Shown: positions 1 through 10,932, counted from the stretch's first letter. The stretch: DNA of 27,069 bases from Catajapyx aquilonaris (GCA_000934665.2 KZ538267.1:62001-89069); one strand, 5' to 3'. The notes: generated from the sequence alone by a model not told the origin. Numbers and translations: made by a program.

Positions 1-1040
1 ATGGCAGAACAGGTTATGTCCGATGTCACACTACTTTATTAAAACTGCTGGGCTTTTCATTTCGGAAAAGGGAGATGAATTATATATATATTTTTAATGC
101 GGAAGTCAGTCTGCGTTGCCTAAATTATGCAAACTTTAGTTCTATAATGAAGCCGCTGAAAGGTAATGTTAAAGCTTTGCGCTGTTTTTTAAAGGGGTGG
201 GAATGCCCCTGAATTACTACGTGGTGTAATTATTACAAGAGAGGTTTGGCTTTCAACAAAACTAGTTGACTAATTATCTGTGCTGACTACCTAAAAATAA
301 TTTCACTGGGGGAAAAGTCTGTGTTTGTTTGTCCAGGGTGAGTCATCAGCTAGGTACAAGTAGTACCACTAACTCGCACGACCTTGATAGTAGCAGCAGT
401 GTGCAAAGAGGGATGTTGCACCATCTATGTGAGGAATATGGTACTATCCCTGGACATTTATTTTCACCAGATAAAACACCATGTTCTCTTCCCAATGTCC
501 GCACTTCTAGAAACCGGGAACTCACATTACTTCTGACCAATATGAGGACGTGAGGCCACCTAAAACCAGTGCAGAGGTTGGGTTAAGGGCTGTTCGGTCT
601 CCCCACACAAATCTTTGTTTATTGCCAACCCTTTTTTGGGGGGTGCTAACCACACTTTGGCCCACTCCCACTATTGGTATTAGATGGTCTCTACCCTTTT
701 CCCCCCCTCCTAAGCTCACCCTATGGAAGTAAGCCTTTTTTTTAAAGTCGAAAAAGTTTTTTGATTGTCGTGTCGGTGGGCTCTCCTAATTATACCGAGG
801 CCAAAGAGCAGGAGCGTCAAGGGGGTATAGTCAACACCGCAAACTCCAAAATATTGACCTGATATGGATTTATGGCCCGGGTTGGCTTCCCTGGGCGACG
901 GGTGTTCACGATAGCTCATTACTTTTAAGGGTGTGTCCTCTCATTAGTCACCCTCCCCCTCTGCTGTAAATCACCTCTCAAAACTATTTTTCTTTTTATT
1001 AAAAAGAGAGAGACGGTGGACGTGCTTGTACTGTAACTAG

Positions 1041-1417
1041 TTTTTAGACTTTTTCTCATCGGAAAAAAAGTCGTACAGAACTGCTCTGCCCGTTTGTCTG
1101 TGGACATGTGATAGCGACAAACGGTTTTCGGATTCGGATTCAGTGCATCATAAATACAGTGTCATGGTCAATTTCCGGTGACCGGCTACTTCCGGTTTCT
1201 CGGGTTAACTCTATCTGCCAATGTCAAATCTACACCCTATAAATTAATTTTGTAAGATTGCTTGGTGCGCAACGGGAAATGAGACTGACAAACACTCTAT
1301 ATCATTGTTGTCCAGTTAGAATCGCATCTTGTCGTATTGTATTCAACAAAATTGTCCCGCTGTCCAACGAGAAAAAGTCTACTCGAATCACGCTCGCGTG
1401 ATTTGCCAATCTTGTTT
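1041..1417 (+). mobile_element. DINE-1/HINE-like non-autonomous Helentron (rolling-circle) element
   Basis: The element starts in a T-run. A 13-bp subterminal inverted repeat TAGACTTTTTCTC (1045-1057) has its exact reverse complement GAGAAAAAGTCTA at 1369-1381. A short partner IR GAAAAAAAGTC (1062-1072) can fold on the 5' subTIR. A degenerate GTCY-type tract lies at 1086-1101, a 3' stem-loop AATCACG-CTCG-CGTGATT at 1386-1403, and the end is CTTGTTT (1411-1417). This order of parts is the established DINE-1/HINE architecture. Confidence 0.8.
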
Positions 1418-2437
1418 ATAAGTTTTTAGACTAATTAAGGAGACTGTAACACCAATTACGAAGAGATTAGCCAAATGCTATTCATTGTCTACTAATTGTT
1501 GGCAAACCTGATTAATTAATTTTTTTTGGTCCGAACTTTATTTGCTACTCTTTTTTTTGCTGTGCTATCAATTAAAATATCCTCGTCAGCTCCTTTCCTA
1601 GTGGGGCCATAATGAATTGGGAAAATATCTCAAGTCCGCAAAGCTTTTTCTTGGGCATGTCCGGACGGCTGTTGCCACCAGCAGCTGACTCTTCCCCAAG
1701 TCCTGGCCGCAGGAAAACCGGGGGGAGGGAAGTGGGTGAGGGAGGGAGGGGGGGTGTGCTCTGTTTATCCAATTATTCCCCATACCCGGTTAAATTAGAG
1801 TTAACCAACTCGCTTACCCACAGCACATCTCTATCCGGCTTAATTAAGCGGATCGGAATTCTCACGCTAATAACGGGGGGAGGTTGGGTGGAGAGCAGGG
1901 ACATGGGGAGAGGAGGAGAGAGAGAGGGGGGGGGGGCAACAGGATAGTAATTTCCAAGCACTGCCAATGTAATCTGCTCCCAGAGTACATCCCACTCCAG
2001 ACCACACCAAAGTGTAGGCCTAATCGAATAAATTCCTGCACCTAGGTCACACAATTGGCGTTTTGTTCAAGGTGCTGGGGGGTGGATCGGATATTGCCTG
2101 TAACCTGTTTCTGGAAATTTGCAAAACGAGAAATTTTTTCTAAGTCATCCCTAGTACGATCAGCATGAATTTCAAGCTCCAATAGGCCAGTAGGTAGCTT
2201 TAAAATGCAAATACATAACAATTGGCCACATTATGATTATTATAGATTATTTGAGGTTTCACACCACAATCCTATCGCATCGCAAACCTGCATGAATGCG
2301 CGCACGTAATAATTTAAAAGGTCAACACTTTACTGGATATGCTAATAACAAAGTAACGTTTACGCGTGTTTAAACCTCACCTTGCGAACACAAAACTTGA
2401 ATATCATATTTTTCTCCAAAGAAAGAAAAAAAAAAAG

Positions 2438-2558
2438 GTTTCACGAAGACAACATATGTAAAATTCATTATCAGGTAATAATTTATTGGGCAGAAATAAA
2501 AAGCCCAAAAATTTCTGCCCAATAATGAATTTTTACATAAGTGTTGTCTTTGTGAAAC
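2438..2558. repeat. Fold-back palindrome (likely MITE remnant)
   Basis: Left arm GTTTCACGAAGACAACATATGTAAAATTCATTAT...TTATTGGGCAGAAAT (2438-2497) is the near reverse complement of ATTTCTGCCCAATAATGAATTTTTACATAAGTGTTGTCTTTGTGAAAC (2511-2558). The loop is 13 nt and the left arm carries a short extra segment. No clear TSD. Confidence 0.7.
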
Positions 2559-2560
2559 AA

Positions 2561-2592
2561 TTTTTTCTATATTTTTCTATATTTTTTCTATA
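2561..2592 (+). repeat. Short tandem repeat (T5-6CTATA) x3
   Basis: ttttttctata tttttctata ttttttctata, immediately after the fold-back's right arm. Confidence 0.8.
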
Positions 2593-3808
2593 TTAATATA
2601 GATTGGAGCAATGCACTTACCAGTGTACTTATATAATGTCTGAGGTTTTATCTCATTTTAATTTCACGACGGTCATGTTTCTACACATTGCCATATAGAC
2701 CGGGTCCAAAATACATCCTAAGACAGCAAAAAACCTACCCACTAATTTCATCTCCAATTAGCCCCCCCCCAATTACCTAATTGCAGATGCAGGGAAGCGA
2801 TGAGTCGTTATCCAGGCATTAAGAACGTCGTTATCCCTCCAAAATTTTGAGTCGCTGAGGTGGCAATGAACGGATGGAAAAGGAAAGGTTCAAAGGTGAG
2901 GCATCCCTGGAAAGATCACAAGGGGATCAAGCCTCTCTTCTCTCTTCCACACTCGACTACAACTTTCCAGGATTTCCATTTATCAAGAGGATGGAATGGA
3001 ATAGGAGAAGGCAGGGAAGCAAGAGAGAGTACATGATTTCCTAATTAGCTGCAAAACCACCGCCACGTGCTGCCTTTATTACTGCAGCCCACAACTGATT
3101 AATATTGAGTGAATTTTGCTTGCTCCTCTTGCTTTTCCAAAACCGCCAGGAAAGGGTTAAGACCTCGACTCATTCACTATTAATGGCCGACTTTTGTGCT
3201 TCCCAACGCCCCGTTTCGTCACTAGTACGCCACGCGTTTTCCCCTAAATATAATAAAGCACCTCGGGAAAGTTTAAAGCGGGCCTTTTACAACACGGGAA
3301 GCCCCTTTTCCGAAAGCTGTGCAAAACCACGTTCCCACTAAAAAGCCTCTCCTCTTTTTTTTCTCTCTCTCCCCATTTCGCAAATGCCAAAACTTGGCCT
3401 CCGCTTTGTACAAGGATATTAGCGGGACCCTGTATCTTCCCCAGACGTAATTGGCTCATTATTTAATTACGCCGGGAGGTATTGAATAATGCAGCAGGTG
3501 TTGAGGACTTGTAACCTTTGCAATCCACGGCTTCCTCTTCCAATAATACCGGTTATCTTTGAAACCGGTGTTTAACTTGAGATCAGAATTACTGGGGACG
3601 CCCAAGCATTTGTCCGAGGAAGAAAAATGGCTCTGGGGAATCAGTCGCCACTTGAGGGACTGTCCATTAACTCCCTCACAACCCCCATGAGGAAATGGTT
3701 CTAGAGAAAAAACGGGTTGGAAAAGAGTGTGACGGTGTCTTCCGGTCGACTATGCTCCACCAAGCATATCCTTTTAATTACCTCGAGGGAAAGTCAAAAA
3801 GTTCTCCT

Positions 3809-3828
3809 TTCCTTCCTTCCTTCCTTCC
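3809..3828 (+). repeat. (TTCC)5 microsatellite
   Basis: Direct reading of the sequence. Confidence 0.85.
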
Positions 3829-4350
3829 TGGAAGAATTGCATTGCTTTTCCCTCGGAGGAGACTATGCGCCTGCCTGCAGGATCAAGAGTTTTTCCCTTC
3901 CTAACAAATTGCTCAGTCCACCAAAATTCAAAGTTCGCTTCTTCACGTCTGATCTGGAAGGTTCCCACATGGAGCTGAGGCTCTCTCAGAAAGATTGGGG
4001 GGAAATGTTATTACCCGCTGTGAAGTCTGAAGAGTGATAAGACATGTTTTGAGATCAACTGGAGTCTTCATTTTCTAAATTATTAATTCAAAATTATCTG
4101 TAAAGAGTACATACATTTATTTTGCAATTTGGCGTAAGACAGGCCTGGGTATAGGTATACTTTGACGGTAAAGAAAAATTATAATCGCAACTAACTCATA
4201 GTTTGGAGTTAATATTTGTTAAATATTTGCCTCAACAACAATATAGTGCATAATGATGGCTTATTTGGACCAATGTAATGAACACATTTTATGATATAGT
4301 TTGCTACTATAACAGGAAACAGCTCGTCGGTTTATACTGTACTTCAATCT

Positions 4351-4374
4351 AGAGAGAGAGAGAGAGAGAGAGAG
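4351..4374 (+). repeat. (AG)12 microsatellite
   Basis: Direct reading of the sequence. Confidence 0.95.
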
Positions 4375-4379
4375 CACGA

Positions 4380-4960
4380 CTTTCAAAGAGAATATATTAT
4401 GATAAAAATGAAACACTCATTTTTTCTATCAGGCAAATCTAGGTTTTGACAAGTTTCATAGCGCAAATTTTGACGCTAAATATCTCGACTCGTTTGAAAG
4501 TATGCGAGTAGTTAAAATGTAACATTTATGCAGTCATAATTATATCATTGATGGTCTACTATGCATGCTTTTCGCTGAATGATCAATAAAACAAACTCGG
4601 ACGTTACAGTATGCTTTTTGCTTTTTGCAATTTATTTGTCGTTCATTTTACGGACTGAATATTTCCAATTTTTGTGTGTGGACAGACCTTTCCATATGTT
4701 GAAAATCTCGCCAGTTATCGCAGTCCAGTGCACGGAAGTAATGCACCAAAAATTTTTGCTATCCATTGCCGCCGCCATGGTTACCTGACCAGTACTGACG
4801 GTACATCTGTCATATTCTGCCATCAAGTTCAAGCCGCTTTTGAAGCCTCTCATAGAGTCATCCATGCAAAAATGATATACGCAAGTTTGTCCAAACCGAT
4901 GAAAATCACGGTACATCAGCTTACGAGGAGCAAGTTATTTTTGTCACTTTCTAGGTTATT
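4380..4960. mobile_element. Possible decayed non-autonomous DNA transposon
   Basis: Weak inverted similarity between about 4442-4472 (GGTTTTGACAAGTTTC...TTTTG) and about 4867-4898 (reverse complement GGTTTGGACAAACTTG...TTTTG), with an internal minus-strand CATGGCGGCGGC. Boundaries and family are not resolved. Confidence 0.22.
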
Positions 4961-5573
4961 TTTTTACGGTTTAATTATTGGAACCATCGATTCAATCCGG
5001 TTTCTACTGGGTGAGTCAGAAGTACAGATTGGCTCACAACATATCTAAAATTCTGGACTGACCAAACCAATAATAGATTATCGGTCCAGTACTGTCCAGC
5101 AAAAATCTCAATAATGAAACCACAGCTCAAGTTCTGCAGTGATTACATAGCTACCAAGTCTAGCTCTTCAATATACTTTTTTTTGAAAGGTCCAATGGGG
5201 GATTCTTCATTACTCGGGGTCGTATTTTATTAACGAGATGCCGGTCGCTGCTGGGAAAAGAGAGAGCTGGAAAAGGAAAAGGATTGGGCAGCGTTTTAAT
5301 TTCGCAACGGCGACCCCCAACGATTCATCAACTCATTAAGTGCAAACTCGTCGCAATCAAGAGGTTGAGGAGTTCATTAACAAGCACGACTGGAATTGAG
5401 AGGCGGACGTTGGGGGGGGGAACTTTCCACCCAAAGTCAATCTAAATGTCCCTACCACTCTTTATCATGCTATTGGAGATTTTCCTTTGACCTCTGCTTC
5501 CCTTCCATGTATAATGGAGGCCAGGTGCACTTGCTCTAGGTTCTATATATAGGCCTATACAAGGTCGACTCCC

Positions 5574-5592
5574 AGAGAGAGAGAGAGAGAGA
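5574..5592 (+). repeat. (AG)n microsatellite
   Basis: About 9 AG units, direct reading. Confidence 0.9.
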
Positions 5593-5806
5593 CGTGGAGG
5601 CAGAAATATTGAGACCTGTTGCCTGGTACTTTTGCGCTCTATTAATTCCATGAGAAGAAAACCTGTCGTACAGAAGGAACCGTCAAAGGGAAGGGGAGCT
5701 GTGGTAGTTTCGCAATAAAGCACACAAAATGAGGGCTGTATTCTGTGCCCATTTATTTCCTTCTCATTTCATCAAGTCTTCTTTCATGGTGCTTTCTCGC
5801 ATTTCC

Positions 5807-5855
5807 AGGAAGAAAAAAGAGAAAGAGAAAGAGAAGAAAAAGAAAAAGAAAAAAG
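5807..5855 (+). repeat. Polypurine low-complexity tract
   Basis: About 49 consecutive A/G bases. Confidence 0.85.
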
Positions 5856-7782
5856 TTTTCCGCGACGTTGCTTAGCTTTGTTCATTGCCAAGTAAGGGGA
5901 GGTGGATTTGTTTTTGCGTGAATAGAGGCAAGCAAATAAATTGGCGAGGGAAATATTGCAGGAGGAAATGTTCTTGCTCATCGAAGATTCTCGAGGTTTC
6001 TACCCGCCACCTAAGAATATGATTGGAAACCAAAGTTTTGGTGCGGATTATCATAAAACTGAAATTGCATTTTGGGAAAGAGGAAAAGGTGTGTTGAGTG
6101 CGCTATTACACATAACATGTTTGAATATGGTGCTTAATAAGAATGTTCCGGAATATTTGACAGCATTTTCTTTGGTTATTAAATGTTATATGCAACGATT
6201 GCATTGCAAATTATATGGCTATACATTACACATGCCCATATAAAAAACATTTTAATATTCATGTCTACGTATTCTGGATGCAACCGTGGTTGGATTGTTC
6301 GTACAGGTAGATTGTGGTCCTTTGTGAATTACTTTTTAATATTAAATAATCATTCCGACATGGTTCTCCTCCATAGCTGGCATCCTCTTTCATACAGAAA
6401 TGTCACCCTTGTTTGTTTGTCTCAGCACAACAATATTTCCAAGTACATAATTATATCTGCCTAAATGCAAATTAAGACCCAACAGTTGTTTGCCACACGT
6501 TCGTGCGAAGAGGTGAGGTATTTGCACCATAAAGTCCATGTAATTAGTGCTTAGGAGATGTGCCCTGAACCGCTAGAAAATTAACATGAGACAAGCTTTT
6601 ACACAGAACTAGCCTTAATTCTACTTCCCTGTGCCTTTTCAGGATTCCTATAAGCGCACGATGCTTATGAACCTCCTTTTCGGCAAAGCCCTTTCCCTCA
6701 AATTAGGCCCACCGCCAGAAATTATTTAAAAATCCAGTTGTGTTCCCTCCTCTCCCCAATTCCGGTTTCAGCAAAGACAACTGGAGATTCACACCTAATT
6801 GCATTGCTATTCAGAACACAAAGGAGACGCTCCCTACCAGGCCCCAGTGCAAAAAAAAGAAGAACATCCAAGGAGAGAGGGGGTTAGAGAAAGGGCTTAA
6901 AAATAGGGAAGAGGGATTGCTCCTCTTTTTCTACGGTATCAAGGAAAGGGAAGTTCTTGTCATGTCTGATCAGTCTGCCAATCAGCCAACTCCTTCCCTT
7001 TTATCTGCTCGCACATAATCCTTCCCGCGTCAGTCACGCCCGCGAAAAAAAAAGCCAAACTCAGAAGACTCCTCGCAAAAATTCCACCGCCCAAAATGAC
7101 ACATGCTCTCTAAAAAGAAACTGAAACCAGAATGTGCACCAATCAAAAGTGCATTAAAAAGTTTTGTCGCATAACAAGCACCTAATTGGACCGAAATATG
7201 ATCCGTCGGAATGAACTACATTAAACAGTACTGGCACACTGCATTTTATTCTGCCCCGTGCCTTGTTAATAAAAAGTTGTAGTAGCCTCGGGCCAGGATG
7301 TTGGAGCAACAGAGTCTCGAGCCAGAAGTAGAAGGGGGAGCTTATTTGGAAGGCCATAAGTACATGTGTCCTCGGGCCTTTCCTTCTCTCCGCTGGTATT
7401 TTTTTTATCCTGACTCTCTTCACTCTACTTCAACCGAGAAATGGCATTTGGTTGTGCTGGAGAGAATAGGAGGAAGGGGCATCCTCCTCCTTCTGGTATT
7501 CTCATCACGACGGCCAGCCTGGGGCGACCAGCCAAGAACCAAGAGAAGAAAAGGATGAGGGAGGGGAGAATATACAGTATATAAAGAAAAAGGGGATCTG
7601 CAAACAAGTCTAAACTAAATTTAAATGGCTTAACAACAAAGTACAAAATGTGCTCGAGTCAAATTGACTTCTGCTGGGGTCAAGAAATCTCAGTCACGTA
7701 CTATGTCAGGTCTCCCTCTGCTTATAAATGCTTCCTTTTCCAATTTCCACAACCAGGGGTTAAATTGTCCCTCGTTTGCTTG

Positions 7783-7881
7783 GCCGCCATCGTTTCTCAT
7801 CCTCACTTCCCTACATTTCCGCTAGGGAGAAATCCCATTACCGGCCATCTTGGACGCCACGTGGCTACACCTAAAATGGCG
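7783..7881. promoter_or_regulatory. Candidate regulatory module: YY1/Pho-like sites around a palindromic E-box
   Basis: GCCGCCAT (7783), GGCCATCTTG (about 7843), CGCCACGTGGC (7855-7865) and AAAATGGCG (7873-7881). Motif match only. Confidence 0.3.
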
Positions 7882-8162
7882 GGTGGATATAAAAAACGTG
7901 GCAATCATTCCCCCTCTTGGACGGTTAAGGCCCCACAAATCAAAGGCATCTGACTGGGTGATTGGGGTGTGATTAGCTCACGTTGCTCATGCTGTCCAAT
8001 TCTTTTTCCCTCCTTCCCCTTTCCATCTAACCCTCCTCTGACTATCTCCAGGCTCAGGAAACCGCCATCAATCTGGTGTTCGGACATTTTTCTTTTTTTT
8101 CTCTCTCTCTAAAGGGAGAAGGGAGACTCCTTTTAGCCCCAACTCGAAGCCCAATCCGTCCT

Positions 8163-8241
8163 TCATTAGAGGGTGATTAATGGGTCGGTGAGAAGGTGTG
8201 CATGTAGTCAAAAGGCGTGAATAAACAAATGGTTTTATGGA
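8163..8241. promoter_or_regulatory. Candidate Hox/Fox enhancer motif cluster
   Basis: TCATTA (8163), TGATTAATGG (8174), GTGAGAA (about 8188), ATAAACAAA (8221) and TTTTATGG (8233) within 80 bp. Motif match only. Confidence 0.3.
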
Positions 8242-8886
8242 CCGCTGACTGCGAGCACCCCCTTTAACCTCAGCGGTCGAAGGGGACGGATTTGCAGCTC
8301 CCTACGCGAGCATTGCTCAACAGCTGGCGATATACAGGGTGACTCTGAAAATTATTTATCTGAAAGTCATGCCTTCTAGAACCACCACCCCCTCCCCTCA
8401 AAAAAATGTGACAAGCAAATGTGCACCATCCCAAAACAAGTATTAAGAAGTCCTCGCTCCGGGTCGTTGTAATGGAGATGTTGCGAGGAAATTTGCTCCT
8501 GGCCCGGCGTCAAGGATGGGTGACAGGTGGTGATGAGTCCTGCCTCAGGAGAAGATAGTGTCCGTCACCAGGGATTTGGTAAGGCGTCACTCCGGCTCTC
8601 TCAAGCGACATGGACACCACTTGCCGACATTTGTCACTATATACACTTGACAACCACTCACCGCTCCGGGGGCCATGATGCCAGACTAGATGGCACCACA
8701 CACATCGCGCCTTAACACTTTTTTTAAAAAAAAACCCTCGCCGTCTCGTCGTGCTGGAAAAAAGTTGCTTAGCACAGGCTTTGTCAATGCTTAGGATTTA
8801 TCAGTGGGTCAGATTATTTAGCCTAGATATGGCACATGAACCACGAAAATTTTCTCTACATATGTGGAATTTTTCCAGCTCTATTA

Positions 8887-9163
8887 GAGGCCGGCCCTGA
8901 CTTACATGTATCGAGGATGTGTAAGTCAAAGCTGCGTAAGTCGAGACCACATAAGTCGAGACTTCGTACGTCGAATTTACGTAAGTCGAATCTACGTAAG
9001 TCGAATCTACGTGAGTCGAATCTACGTAAGTCGAATCTACGTAAGTCGAATCTACGTAAGTCGAATCTACGTAAGTCGAATCTACGTGAGTCGAATCTAC
9101 GTAAGTCGAATCTACGTAAGTCGAATCTACGTAAGTCAAATCTACGTAAGTCGGAGCTGCCTG
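8887..9163. mobile_element. pogo/Tigger-like MITE with internal minisatellite
   Basis: TA flanks both sides (8885-8886 and 9164-9165). The right end reads CAGGCAGCTCCGACTTACG on the minus strand and the left end GAGGCCGGCCCTGACTTAC is a decayed copy. CAG...CGACTTACG termini are, from my recollection, typical of Tigger/MER47-like pogo elements. Confidence 0.7.
8921..9160 (+). repeat. 15-bp minisatellite GTAAGTCGAATCTAC, 16 units
   Basis: 16 units in unbroken 15-bp register. The first four and the last are diverged. A GTGAG variant occurs at 9011 and 9086. Confidence 0.97.
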
Positions 9164-9940
9164 TACAGGGTACACTGACTACCTCATTCACATTTTTGAA
9201 CATTTCCCCCCTCCGATTCTTACTGGGGGCCAGACCAGGTCGAATTTGAAGTAACTCGCCAGGACTGGAAGTCAATCCAAAAGAGTCTGCGGGGGTAAAG
9301 CAGATTGCCGAATCTTTTTTTTTTGGGGGGGGGGGAGGGGACCATCCTCCTCTTCCCCCTCTCCATTCCCTCGCTATCTGTCAGAGTCCCAAACTTCGGG
9401 GCTTATCGGCGATTTACGGTGACCTCCCAGCTGCTGCTGATAAGGCCGCACCGCTTGCTACCTTTCTTTTGCCCTCAAACTTCCCAATACTCGGCCCGAA
9501 TTGAAACAGCGCCTTTTTGGCCCCCTCCAACAGAGAATATCGACAAAAAGCTGCGCTTCTAGTCAATGGCACCGACTTATTGCTAAAGGAGAGAGTTAGT
9601 GACGCGGAAACTCTATACCAAACCTACCCCCCCCCCCCCTCACAAACTCCTCATCCCGATGAAGAGGAGGTGGGGAGGGAGGGGGGGGGGTTTAGCAGCA
9701 GCCTTTAATTTCGAGGCCCCCTCTAAGAATAAAATGAACAACTTTTGTCATTAATGAAGATTACGACAATGTCTAAATTACCATTAAAAGTTTTTGCGAC
9801 GTTTAATTAAAAGTAAGGAGTGAGGAACCCGGCGCCGTTAGAAGATGGGGGGCGTTATTTATATGGTCCTCTTCTGGCGAAAGAAATATCTGCGCGACTT
9901 TTCAACTGACATTTTCGAGCTTGGTAGGAATTTTCACACG

Positions 9941-9979
9941 TTTTTTTTTTTTTTTTTTTTTTTGGGGGGGGGGGGGGGG
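9941..9979 (+). repeat. T23-G16 adjacent homopolymers
   Basis: Direct reading; homopolymer lengths may be imprecise in the assembly. Confidence 0.85.
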
Positions 9980-10932
9980 TTGAAAAACTTACCCATTATG
10001 CATAGGGATGCAAATAGGTGGGAGCCTCCCCCAAGTTTCTGGGTCAGGAAACTACTATTGTATAATCTTTTCATTTTTTCCTCCCCCTCCCTGATGATTT
10101 AGATCTTCATTCATCCTCCTTCCGGACGTTTTTCGTTAGTTTTAATCTGACCCACTCCATGGGCGAGAAGCCCCTTCCTATCTAATAAAGAAAGAGAGGC
10201 CCCATAATTCCAAATGGATTTTCGAGTCCTTCCAAGAGAAGCCTGCAACTCTTCCTTTTTTTCTATTCTTTTTTTTTTGGGGGGGGGGGGNGGGGGGGAG
10301 CCAAGAATAATAAAAAATCGCCAAGCGTTTTCCTGAATGCAGTATCGCGTAGTCTGGAGTAATAAAGGCATTTGTCTTTCATATTCCGCAAGCGGGGAGA
10401 GGCGTGGTAATTTCGCGATGGGAATATCTAGGGACCTGTAATCTGTTGAGCCGAGGGAGTGGAATAGGAGGGGGAGGAATGGGGAGGAGAAAGAATCCCC
10501 TCGAGAGAGAGAGAAAGAAAGAGAAAATGCCGCGACGCTTCTTTTTCTTGAGAGGGAGAGACTGCAAATATCATTTCCACGTCGCACTGAGCACCGATTG
10601 AACCCACTGATTGAAAATATTGGTATTATTTGCCAGAGCGGACCCGGCCCAAATTGAAGCGGTGGGGGTAAATCACCAAGCCGAGACACTCTGTATCCGA
10701 AATTGGTGGGCTGCCGGCTACTACAAGGTGACTTAAAAAGTTCGGCATTCACAGTGAGAAATATTACAAACTGTGGGTACATCACATCGATTACATATTG
10801 CCAAATTTAATATAATTAAACCAGTGTCGTTTTCAGACTTTTCCATCAATCAGAGGCATGTCAGTCGTCATTGTGACAAGTTTCAGCACTCCAGGTAGTC
10901 CGAAAGTGGGTTTGGTAGCCCGTACAAACATA

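Noticed and set aside
3105..3341. FQNR peptide suggesting homeobox helix 3
   Set aside because: It lacks the invariant W and the KIWFQNRR context, and the flanks are not homeodomain-like.
4674..5048. CGQTF...L..Y...VH resembling a C2H2 zinc finger
   Set aside because: The first Cys and first His are missing, there is an in-frame stop just upstream, and no second finger follows.
7888..7910. TATAAAA plus TCATTC as a core promoter
   Set aside because: The Inr-like motif is only about 19 bp from the TATA, too close for canonical spacing.
8801..9275. Four overlapping ORFs with repeats (VDSTY, KSNLR, RFDLR, VSRIY)
   Set aside because: They are translations of the 15-bp minisatellite, which lacks stops in four frames, and there is no coding signal outside the repeat.
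10111..10785. Longest ORF (224 aa, minus strand)
   Set aside because: Low-complexity translation through C-, A- and CT-rich runs, containing an N, with no recognisable domain.
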